A program made the position numbers and the translations under genes. Shown here one piece after another: positions 10,694-23,500 of a stretch of DNA of 64,000 bases (its first letter is position 1; each line of letters starts with the position of its first letter). Below the pieces are notes generated by a model. The model was given only the letters and a program-made list of their open reading frames with translations. It was not told where the DNA came from and searched no databases. This DNA is from Mytilus trossulus (taxonomy: Eukaryota): positions 95,335,630 through 95,399,629 of the forward strand of contig NC_086376.1 in NCBI RefSeq assembly GCF_036588685.1. The letters are read 5' to 3'.

Positions 10694-13664
10694 TGTTTAT
10701 TTTTCTCCTCATATGATGCTCTATATGTCAACTTTCAGATACTATGCCAATCTTCTTACAACAACCAGAACAAAACTTAGGTGTCAATAACCAGGCGTAT
10801 ATAATCGACCTTATTATCATCTACTTATATTCAATATCCCATTAATTATTTCAAATCAAAGGTCAACATGTTTTAGGAGAATTATATAATACCTTTTAGG
10901 ATTTCATGACTCTTTATTAAAAAATCTATACTGTAATACCTTGTAACAACATTGTAATTGCCATTTATTTAAAAAGGAAATGAAGTTTGAAAAGCCCATT
11001 ACTGTGTTTTTCTATACGGCGACCGTCAATATGTTGCAGAACATATGGAGAAATAGATTGGGGTTTACGTGTGGGCTTTGGAAGTTTAGGAACTAACACA
11101 ATCACGTTAAATCCAAAGCAAATGAAACAATTACCGAATATTATATCCGTCTTGTTTCTCGTTACAACTATACAGAAGCGTAATGACTTTATATTTAATT
11201 ATCAGTTTCACAATTCTAATACAAACATAGGTTTCAAAATAAAACATATTTCTCGATTGATACAGTCGATTGTTTTGTTTTATCAGAATAAGGGCTTCTA
11301 CTTGGACTTATTTTTGTCAACATTTTTTTCCAACTCAAACGAACTCACACAAAATCTACCACACAAAAGATATCATCACATATATAGACATTAGTACACT
11401 GATATAATCATAATGGAAACTGAATTTTAGTAATACTAGAACAATAGGAACAGTGAGCTCCTGTAATACTTGCCCTTCTTAAACTATTCTTTGTCAGTTC
11501 TCAGAGATCCGTTAAATTGGGATTAACAATTGTAATTTGTCATAATTAACATTTGGCCTCATATTGACCTTCAGCACTCAATTTCAACTTCGTAGTAAAA
11601 AACCTCCATCAAAAACTTAACTTATCAAAAACTTAAAATTACAATTGGTCATATCAAAATAAAAAGTGTCATTGTTGCAAATCAACACTATTAATCAAAT
11701 GTGTATGTTCAGTAAACTATCAAATCAGTGTCAAAATCGATATTTGACATAATTTTAAAAAATTAATGCCTCACCTTACACATTAGTTTTCACTTTGATG
11801 TGACCACAACGTTTATTTCTGAATGAGGTTTTTTTTCAGACCAATACTAAACTTTGACCTGATATGAGACATGCTAAAGGAGAGATAGACGGACGGATGC
11901 AAATAGCGGTAAACATATTATCTTCTACTATAGAATACGTAGATATAAGCATTTAAAGAGATTGTACGTTGATTTGCATCATGCTATGTGATATGATGGG
12001 TCAATCAACACGGATGATACGTTGGCCTTTAGTAAAGGTGATGACATGTGGGCTTTATTATTGTTGGTAATAAGTTTACCTTAATAATAATGGAGATACT
12101 TTTTTCGATTTACACTAAACAAAAAAGACGGTCAATGAATAGATATCCATTGCCATAGTATAACATAAAGGAAGTAAAACGTGTCTCAAATTCTTGAAAA
12201 TCAACTTTTCTGTTTTCAAATATTTTAACACGAAAAGTTAAGGTTTTCTGTTTTACTATATTATAATTGATGTTAAATCAACCTTTATTCTGATACTATC
12301 TAAATAATTATAGTAAGATCATAGTAAAAGTGTGTTAGAAAATTTCATTAGTTGGTATTGGCTTTGAACTAGCTGACAGTAACTGCGAGTATTGTTAGAT
12401 CAGTACTTAGTGTCTTTTGTTTTATGTTTAAATATCCGTTCATGTCCACTTTGGGTTTTTTTGTTAGATGTATTTCAATATGTTCCCATCTAATGAGTTA
12501 CGCCTTTTTCAATAGATTTTATTAGTTTGTTCTTGTACTGTTACACCACTGTCCCAGGTTATTGTTTGAGCACTCACAAACATATTTAACATCGCCACAT
12601 TATTTATGTGCCGTCCCAAATTTGATACCTTTTGTTCATTGGTTAATGTTTGATATATTTGGGGTTTTTTGGTTAACTATTTATGCTACAAATTACGTCT
12701 AAAGTCTTCTTCGTTGCATTTTGTCATGTTTTTCATGTCGGGACTTTTATAACCGACAATATGGTATGGGTTTTTTTTATAGCTGAAGACCGTACGATTG
12801 CCTTTAATTGCTTACATCCACTTCGTTCGAATATCAATGGATAGTTGTCTCATTGACAATCATACCACATCTCCTTCTTGTTAAATGCAATAAAACTTAC
12901 AATGTTTGATATCTATAAGACCGCAACATGAAAAATAATTAAGAGGATCGAACAGTTCATCGACATGTAAAAAGTAAATTCACAAAAGTTCTGATCTCAG
13001 AGGAAAATCAAATCGGAACGTCCCTAATCACATGTCAAATCAAATGACAAAACACATCAAAAACGAATGGACAAGTGTCACATTCCTGACTTTGTACAGG
13101 CATTTTAAAATGTAGAAAATTGTGTTTTAAACCTGGTTTTATAGCGCTAAACCTCTCACTTTGTACAACAGTCTCGCCAAATTCCGTTATATACCTAACC
13201 GTTTATTTAGCACATACTTACAACTTCTCGTCCAATCAAATTGCTTGAATTTGCCTTCTAATTTTCATAGTACATACTTCTTCCGTGTACTAAGTTACTA
13301 CGCATGAATGACCACAAGGGTAAGATTTCATTGTATTGTAATCAAGATATTAGAACAAAAATTGCAGCTGGCTATTTTGAAATGAATTCTGTGTTCCAAA
13401 TTTAACTAAATAGTTTGTAATTAGTTTTCAGACAGATTTTTAACATCCTACTAATCAATCTAAATTTTGTTTTAAACATACTTTCACCAGCGGCTACCTT
13501 CTTTACATTCTAAAGACAAGGGCCTTTTGAAATCCCAAGTTTACAATGATATTATAGTGAGTAGATTTACAAAATTACGTAAATGAGCTACATCCAGTCA
13601 GTCAACACATATCTATAGACTAATTACAGGATTACTCAAGTTGTAAATATGTGCTAAATTGGAT

Positions 13665-13753
13665 ATTGTATAGAAAGGTATATACTATAAAAATAAGAGC
13701 TAGGGGCACAGCCCCTCGCTCTAATTTTCATAGTATATACCTTTCTATACAAT
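13665..13753. mobile_element. Hairpin core of a non-autonomous element (associated with about 13200-13400)
   Basis: Arms tattgtatagaaaggtatatactat and atagtatatacctttctatacaata are reverse complements, with inner stem agggg-cacag-cccct. The linked segment at 13205-13260 matches 43220-43275. Confidence 0.6.
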
Positions 13754-14722
13754 AACCGAGACTTATAACTGTATATTGTTCACAGTAAAGGCTGTTAAAA
13801 CGAAAATTTATCAATTTCTTTGAGGGTGCAACTATATTATGTACAACATTTGATAAACAAGTTATTTTTTTCTAAATATCCTATAATACGTTTATTTCTT
13901 TACAGGAAAGCTCCCGTGTGTAATCAAATGTGTATAGATCATAGAGGAGTATGTAGCAATACAGAGTGGAGAGTGTGGTCATACATCTTTTGTCTTTCTT
14001 GATTTTCCAAATTAAAAACTTATTGTGCAATAAAATTCATTTTTAACAGCCGACAACAATGTAATTTGTGTCTTGACTAATAAATTTCTTGATAGTGATC
14101 AGTACACAGTTTAAGAAAAGGTTTCACTAAAAGGTATCGAACTTCTACTTTTGGCCTAGCTTTGAGGAAATAAGCGGAAATTTTACAACTTTTTTGGCAT
14201 ATTTGAAAGCAAATAAATGCCGATAAGTGACACGGATACACCAAAAAGAAATCATATTTTACTAGTTTAACTAATGGAAGTCTTATCTTTGGAAGTTACT
14301 GATACATACATATGACAAACGCATACTTAAGCTTAACCTGAAGGAAATCAAGTAAAAAAGGTAGTACAATTTATTAGGCTAAAATTTAAGTAGTTTTCTT
14401 ATCTGTATATTGCTACGGTAGTAAAATCCAAACAAAGGATATTCGATCTTCAGCCTCATCCACAACGAACCTTACTAACCATCAATAGGTCTGTAGGAGA
14501 TCAATGGCACATATTACAATGTAACGTTATAATATTCGATTTAGTCAGTGTTTATGGACTTTTTAGACTCACATTGTTTGTGTTACATTTTAATGTTGTG
14601 TCGTTGTTCTCCTCTTATATTTAATGCGTTTCCCTCAATTTTAGTGTGTTACCCCGATTTTGTTTTTGTCCATGGATTTATGAGTTTTGAACAGCGGTAT
14701 ACTACTGTTGCCTTTATTTTAA

Positions 14723-14918
14723 TACTGTGGATTCATTTATTTTCGTGGGTATTAATGTTCGTGGATTTTCGTGGATCATTAGTTCAGTTGTTATGCTCAC
14801 GTCTGCATACAAACCCATAGAACATTTGTAATTCTTTGAACATTTAATTTCGTGGTTCACTTTGACCAATGAAATCCACGAAAATTGGTATCCAACGAAT
14901 AAAAATGAATCCACAGTA
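14723..14918. mobile_element. MITE with TA flanks (Tc1/mariner-like)
   Basis: TA-ctgtggattcattt..ttcgtggattt ... aaatccacgaa..aaatgaatccacag-TA. Imperfect TIRs of about 45 bp; 196 bp total; no coding capacity. Confidence 0.8.
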
Positions 14919-15249
14919 CTGTTTTCAAGAACTCTAGGGGAATCTTATGAGTAGGATCTTCGCATCCTTCCAAAACAAAATAATTTTTTGTTGTTTTTTA
15001 TAGTATTTTTGTTTTTTGTTTTGTTTTGTTTTTTTGTTTTCATTTTTTTAAATTGTGATGCTACATGTATCTTAGTTGTTTCCTGTGTAGTGTTTTTTGT
15101 ACTATCTCGTCTTTGTTGTTTTAGCCATCGTAGAGTGTATCGTTCTTTCTATATATTCGGATTTTTGTTTATTTCTCCGTTTGTAAATTTTCAAATAGCT
15201 AACTTACTTATAGAGAGCATCTTTCTGAAGCTTGATATAAGGGTTGAAA

Positions 15250-16890
15250 AAAAGTTATCAAAGATACCAGGATTATAATTTAGTACGCAAGACACGCGTT
15301 TCGTCTACATAAGATTCATTAGTGACGCTCATATCAAAGTATTATAAAGACAAAGTACAAAGTTGAATGCATTAAGGATCCAAAATTCCAAAAAGTTGTA
15401 CCAAATACGACAAAGGTAATCTATATAAAACTAGAGGCTCCAAAGAGCCTGTGTCGCTCACCTTGGTCTATGTGAATATTAAACAAAGGACACAGATGGA
15501 TTTATGACAAAATTGTGTTTTGGTGATTGGAACGTGTTTGTAGATCTTACTTTTCTAAACATTTTTGCTGCTTAAAGTTATCTCTATCTATAATGAACTT
15601 GGCCCAATAGATTCAGTGGAATATGTTAGTGAAAATTTACAAATTTTATGAAAATTGTTAAAAATGGACTAAAAAGGGCAATAACTCCCTAGAGGGTCAT
15701 TTTTAGGTCTTACTTTCCTGAATATCATTTATATGGTCATTTTTATAAATTTTCTGTTTACAAAACTTTGAATTTTTCGAAAAACTAAGGATTTTCTTAC
15801 CCCAGGAGTAGATAACCTTAGCCGTATTTGGCACAACTTTTTGGAATTTTGGATCCTCAATGCTCTTCAACTTTGTATTTATTCGGCTTTTTAACTATTT
15901 TGATCTGAGCGTCACTGATGAGTCTTATGTAGACGAAACGCGCGTCTGGCGTATAAAATTATAATCCTGGTACTTTTGATAACTATTTCCTGTACATTAT
16001 TGCTGTTTACAGTTTATCTCTATCTATAGTAATATTCAAGATAATAACCAAAAACAGCAAAGTTTCCTTAAAATTACAAATTCAGGGGCAGTAACCTAAC
16101 AACGGATTGTTTGATTCATCTGAAACTTTTAGGGCAGATAGATCTTGACCTGATAAACAATTTGCACCTGTCAGATTTGCTCTAAATGCTTTGCTTTTTG
16201 AGTAATAAGCCAAAAGCTGCATTTTACCTCTATGTTTTATTTTTAGCCATGGCGGCCATCTTGGTTGGTATACCGGGTCACCATACACAATTTTAAAACT
16301 AGATACCCCAATAATAATTGTGGATAAGTTGGGTTGAATTTGGCCCAGTAGTTTCAGAGGAGAAGATTTTTGTACAAGTTTACGGACGCCGGACGACGGA
16401 CGCAGGACGACGACGGACGCCAAGTGATGAGAAAAGCTCACTTGGCCCTTTGATCCAGGTGAGCTAAAACGAAGATGTGGTATGATTGCCAATGAGACAA
16501 CTATCCACAAAAGACCAAAATGACACAAAAATTAACAAATATAGGTCATCGTACGGCCTTCAACAATGAGCAAAACCCATACCGCATAGTCAGCTAAAAA
16601 AAGGCCCCGATAAGACAATGTAAAACAATTCAAACGAGAAAACTAACGGCCTTATTTATGTAAAAAAAATAACGAAAAACAAATATGTAACACATAAACA
16701 AACGACAACCACTGAATTACATGCTCCTGACTTGGGACAGGCACATACATTAATAATGTGGCGGGGTTAAACATTTATGCCTGAGATAAGAAAATCCTTA
16801 GTGTTTCGAAAAATTCAAGATATTGTAAATGGGAAATTTATAAAAAAAAAATGACCACATAATTCATATTCATGTCAACACCGAAGTGAA
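15250..16890. mobile_element. Nested insertion cluster (outer dispersed element interrupted by a Helentron-like HINE, an inverted self-copy and a family-1 repeat)
   Basis: The outer element runs 15250-15425 and resumes at about 16776-16890. HINE-like element at 15431-16468 (gtcgctcacct ... aggtgagcta, gacg microsatellite). Inverted copy of the outer family at about 15730-15986. Family-1 repeat at about 16470-16775. Confidence 0.7.
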
Positions 16891-17504
16891 CATTAATAAA
16901 CTTGGTCCTTAAACAGAGGTGTCTGGATAATCTTATTAAAACTTTAATTTGATCCTGTAAACCTGCAAATGTTTTGGTAAATTTATATAAATTCAGATAA
17001 GCTTAGCGTAAGTTCATGAAAAAAATGAAGCATTAACATAAAATAACACACTCAGATACATCAACAAAAAAAACCATGTCTTAATTTAATGAATAGCATG
17101 GAAATGCTTAAAATGTATATAAAGGCAACAGTTATATACCGTTGTTCGAAATTCATAAATCGATAAAGAAAAAACAAATAATTGCCCATTAGTTGTTGCT
17201 TATAAATCATATGTATGTTATATCATTAATATAAGTCATCATTTGTACAGAAATCAGTTCATTTTGATGAAGGTTATATGAAAATCTTTCAATATATATA
17301 TTAAATTTTTGTTTATGTTATTTGATTATAGATATATACATCATGTCAACATCTTTAGTCATCGTAATGTTAGATTATTACAGTATAATGATTTAAGTTT
17401 TTTGTTTAAAATACAATTGCTCCTTAACACACAAAAAATGTCATAAAAACCAAAAAAGCCTTGTAAAGTAACATCATCTCTGTCATTTAATATAAGCATC
17501 AGTG

Positions 17505-20500
17505 TTAATTGTAAATAATTCCTATAAAAATATACGCGCATCCTGTGACCAATGAAAATAGGAATACCACAAATCCTACTCTGTCTAAAACTAAAGCATA
17601 GTGTATCCATAGCTCTGAATCGATCCTCTCTTTTTCACTTTCAGATGATGTTGAAATCTCTACTTCTTTCTCCTTTGACATTCTTTTTTCGTCCAAAGTG
17701 TTGAACAGCTTGGAAATGATTTTGTCCTTAAAAAATAAGATGATTAAATATTAGGGCGTTAACAGTTACAATTGGATAAATGTGTGTCCTTCAATCAATT
17801 TCTTAATGTAGGTCGCACTTTCACTTTATTTCCTAATGAAGGTCGCACTTTCACTTTATTCCCTAATGTAGGTCGCACTTTCACTTTATTCCCACATTTT
17901 CATTGTTTATAGTTCATGTATATTCTGTCAATACATACAGTTTGTTTCGCAAGTTATTCTTCTATGATATAACGTACTCATTTATAAGAAATTTTCAAAG
18001 GACACGAAAACAGTTCACCGTAAATATACCTCACATCTTTTGGGTATCGAAGCGATATAAAATTTGACAATCTGTATATACCCCTGTTCATTTTTTATAA
18101 CAGTAATTTGAACGTTCATGCCATATTTTTAACTATTTGTGCCCGGTTTATTGCTTTCTCGTTGGCGTTTTTTATATATCTTTTTTTTTATTTGTATTTA
18201 AGTACAAAAAAGACTTTCTCAAATCAGTGTTTGACTAATTTAAGATCAGAATCCTCATTACAAACAAAGTGAAATACTACAAAAGTAAAACAAGTACTAT
18301 ATTAAGACATAAATTATATTCATTATACGGTTGTATTACCTCATTCTGAGATGTTGTATATCTATTTTGTATTCTTGGTAGCTTTACGCACGTGATATGC
18401 GCAAGTGGTTTTAAAAGATAACATTTTGTAAATCGTGACATCGTTCTATCTCCCCTATGGTGAATATTCAAAACCATAACTTGCCATAATGATGATCCAC
18501 CACTTAAAATTAACGTAAAGCTAAAAAACATGGCTGAAATAAGAAAATATTTGACTATTATCACACTAATCATTTATATCAGAGGGATATTTTATGTATC
18601 ATCCAGCCTGTCAGCCCTTATGTCATAGGTTTGAACCCTGCACGCGGACGATTTGTTCGACTTAATCATAACTGAATAAAAAGTAAAATCACAAACATTT
18701 TGCAATTGAAGTCCCGAATAAAATGGCAATATCAAATGGTCAACAGATCAAACGAATGGACAACAACTGTCATATTCCTGACTTGGTACAGGCATTTTCA
18801 AATGTCGAAAATGGTGATTTGAACCTGTTTTTTTATCGCTTAACCTCTCACTTGTATGACAGTCGTGTCAAATTCCATTATTTCAGGTTTTTCTTTGCAG
18901 GTCGATGGTTCTCTCTGGACACTCTAGCTTCCTCCATCAATAACAAACTTGTTACAGGGATAGGCAAAATTTGTCTCTTCAATTTTTTTATTGGGTGTAT
19001 ATAGTCTTGGATTTTTGTGTCACGCAAATATCGATACTACTAAGTATTTATGGGTAAAGACAATCATATATGATTATGTTTTGTAGTTCTAATTGCATCC
19101 TTCAAATTGTCTTCTTTCGCTTTTCTCGTTTGTGCAAGTTAATGTGCTTTATTGTTATGTATTCAAGGTTATTTTTCGGCTATCAAGACTTCTAGCTAAA
19201 ATTACTTGAAATGATTTCCTACAAAAAAAAAGAAGAATAATGAAAATATATGTTCATCGACAACATGGAATAAAGTATACCAAATGTGGTTATTTTTATT
19301 TATATATTTCGGAGTCTTTCTGACATATTCCGTGTTTGGCACAACTTTTTCCTCATTTCCATGCTCAATTTTATTACAGCGGTCATTACTATTCTATATC
19401 GGTAAGACTGTCGGATTTTCAGTGATATAAATTTTATAATTACTAACCAATCCATGGAGTAGAATCAGCTGATGGTGGCAACTTGTCAGCAACAAGCAAT
19501 TGAAACACAGACATCGCCAACATAACTGTTAATTCTAATCCAACCTTCTCGCCGGAATCAACAGGAAGTAAAAACCCAAACGATGCCACCATTGTGATTA
19601 AAAATGATGGTACTATTATATTTGTTATGTAATAAGCTGGTTTTCGTTTTAAATAAATATAAAAAGTCACATCTACAAAGGGTTCCGGACAGCAACCGTA
19701 ATATACTTCGTGTCTTACGTTTGCTGCTTTTTCAACTATCCATTCAACATGTTCTTTCATGGAAGATAAATCGCCCTCAACGTTCTTAGATCGAATATCT
19801 AGTTGTAAACCATTATATGACCATGATCCAAACATTAACTCGCATACTTGACTGTCGAAAGGGAATTTTGCAACGTCAATAGGACACAACGCTTCGATTT
19901 TGGTTGGGAAGTTATAAGCGACATAACCATCTGAATAAATGAGAGCCCTGTAGTCTTTGAATCCATAAAATTCAGCCGAAATGCTACAAAACAATATACA
20001 TGTCAGTGCAAAAACAAATAAAAAATTCATGTTGATTTGATATTGGAATGTAGAGTTTTAGTAACCTTCATCTATAACCTTAAATTCTTTAAACCTTCAT
20101 ATAAGATGTAAAATTATAATGAGAAAAACAAACGGCTTAATTCATAACAATGCAATATCCGTTTTGAATTTTTCTTGGAGCTCAATACTTTTTTAATAAA
20201 ACCAAATATGACCAATATGAATAAACGGCAATCACGCAAATACAGGATCCTAACTTATGACAGACACATTTTGCGGAATCAAACATCTTTCCGAGCGCTC
20301 AATCCTCTCCTAACCTGGGTTAGTGGTGTAACATCATCCATATGAACAAAGTTTAAATATAATTTTCAAATTGCTAAAACATCGGTACAATGCACATAAA
20401 ACAACAAACTTAAAAACGATAACTACAAAGCACCGATATAAAAGTGAAACAGATACCAAAGGGAAAGTCAAACTAGAAAACAAACTGACGATGCCGTGGT

Positions 20501-23500
20501 AAAAAGAGAAAGAGATAAGCAACTCAATAACTAACAGTTATTGTAGAACACGACGTAAACACGAAACACGTATTTTCAAATTCATAAATGTATTTCATAT
20601 TAAGCACATTATAATAGATATAGAGCAAATGTGAGACAAAATTGCGATTATATGTCACGTTAGTTTTACATTGTTATTTGAAGTTAAATATCACACGCTG
20701 GATGATCCATGCATTATTACTTACACAGGCGATGTGTATAGTCTGCTTATGTCAATGTTTTCAATTTCATGATTGTTATTTTGTACCTATCACTCTGCCA
20801 CTTTTAATCTACATTAATTGACATTGGACATCAGTCACCCTTTTCTATACAAAACTACGAATAAAGAGATGTGCTAATTGATTCTTCTTTAGCTACAAAA
20901 TAATCTATTTTATGAACACCATAAACAATCACTCTTCCCTTAGTTTTAGTTTGTAACCCGGATTAGTTTTGTTTCTCAAACGATTTAAGAATTTCGAACA
21001 GCGGGATACTACACTTGCCTTTATTCTTCACATTTATCTTTATAAAAGGTAGCATGAAGTTTACAAATAAGTTCTACGAATAGCATAATGCATTTACATT
21101 ACATAAAGGTTAACATCAAATTTCCATATAAGGTCTGTGGGTTGTATTAAGTATTTACATAGCTATCATACACGGTAACGTCAGGTTTCCCTATAAGGCA
21201 TACGTGTATGTGTAGCACTATATATTTACCTTTCATACAGAGTAATATCCGGTTTCCATATAAGACCTATGGGTAGCACTATGGAATCTGTTCCGTTAAA
21301 ATCGTCAGGATTCCATCTGAGATTGCAGTCTATCCATCCCTAGTAACATGACACAAATACACAATAACAAGTACATTAAAAAAACATACACTAACGTTAT
21401 ACTTATGCATTCATTGTCATTTACATTAAACAACCCTTTTCAAAGATGTGTGTGATTCAAATAGAATTCAGTTTGTTGTTCGTTCATGGCATGTGTACTA
21501 TTTGTTTGCACTTATCCCGTACAGTCATCTTTCTTACCATCGACGCTCGCTTTAATCAAAAGAAGATGTATGTGTATTTAAGGACGATTTAATGTAAATT
21601 GGTATTTGTAATTATGATTACTTTATCGCTATTTTACAAAATTTTCCTTTGGTCTTGCTGACTGATAATCTCCTTTCTCAGAATAGTAGAGTGATATGGA
21701 AAATTATCACTAGAAACTAAGGGCGCACGTGCCCGTTGTCAGTGAAATTAATAATATCGTCATAGGTAAAATTGCGATAACCAGATTATCATTTGTCATC
21801 TTAACTCGATTGCTTTTCTCACTTTTGCCGTACCGGCTCAAACGAGAAAATCAATCTCTATGAGATAATCAACGATAATCTATAAATATTGCTATTTTTG
21901 TATTTAATACATAAGATATAGAATTAAAGGTTATTGCGAGCAGAACACCTACGTTGTTTGTTAAAGCCATACAATATAATGACTTTATATTCGGACGAAC
22001 GAAGTGGGGGGTATAACATCAATGAACTCACCAGTCGCATCCACATGTTGAAGTGAATAAGTTGTTCTGGTTCATCCTAAAACAACAAAGAAAATAATAA
22101 TTTATAGACAACGAACAACCGAAATAGCAAGTAAACGTTTTTATCTCGTTTAATGCTGGATACTTTATTTCAAACATTTCTATTATCTGTCCATTTGAGA
22201 ATCATTTGATGAATTGTTGATATGAATTTACTTTTCTGCCAACTGAATCACCAGTCGCAAGATCATTGGATTATATTCATGAAGCGATTGATTAGATGTA
22301 CAAAATAACCAATGTGCCTTGCTTGTCAATTTGGAAAAACAAAATTCAAGTTATCTCTGACAATGATTGAAACAATATTATAAGAATCGTTGATAACAAA
22401 AGAAAGACCTACAAGCGATATAAGTTGACGAATAGCAATATCCACAGTCGCGTTAACTCTCTCAAAGCCTGGACACAAAGGTCGGACTTCTGCTCTGTAA
22501 TTTGTCAGTAGCAAAGTTGAAAGGTTGTTAAGTACCGAGGATGAACCTAATAGAAAAAATAATGGTTGATATTAATTTTCTGTTTTTAAATTTTCAAAAA
22601 GTTTGACTATTTAGTTAATTTGACAAATTAAATTTGAAAAAATTCATATCTTTTGTTAAACATTTCTATTATTCTCAATCAAGTTATAACAGAAACAGTG
22701 TTGTGTGCATCGGACAAATGACCCTCATAGTCGACTTCTTTGTAAAAGTATGGCATATAGGATTGTATTATTTGTGAATGGAGTAGGTTCAGTAAGACCC
22801 CTTTTTGGTCCAAAAATATAGCAGTTTTACAAAAATTGTTAAAATTTAAACTTTAAGTTATTTATTGGAAAGTAGAATGCTTCTGCTTCATAAATATGGG
22901 CTGTTTTTGACAATACAGTGTACATATATCGGGAAGTAGCACCATTAAAAAGTAAAAACACAAAAATACCGAACTCCGAGGAAAATTCAAAAAGGAAAAT
23001 CCAAAATCAAAAGGCAAAATCAAAAGTCCAAACACATCAAACGAATGGATAACAACTGTCATATTAGTCATGCTAAATTACTGAAATCCTCACAATTCTA
23101 GCTTTTTAGTTAAATTTACGACGGTTTCCAGGTAAAACGAAAGTGGCCACATTCTTGTTCATCCTTAATATTGAAATGAAATTTGTATTTGATAATAATA
23201 CATAACATATATAAAGGTTTAGGATGAACACGGAACACTTTCATTTTTGACAAAAACCATCTGAAAAGTGACATTTTTCGGCATAATTGGTAGATTTTTC
23301 ATATTTGAGCTTGAGCTGGATCGTTTTTAATGACTAAATCAGTTAAAATATTTCACCTAAACTAATTGAATCAAATGAAATAGACACTTAAGTGTTTAAA
23401 AAGCGGTCAAAATCTTTCGTCAAATGAACCTGAAATTTTAGGCCAAAATCGGCCCTTACCGGACCTACTCCTTTAATGATAAAAATTATAAATGTATAAA

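Noticed and set aside
16082-16528. 148-aa ORF
   Set aside because: It spans a HINE-like element and a family-1 repeat junction; a chance open frame.
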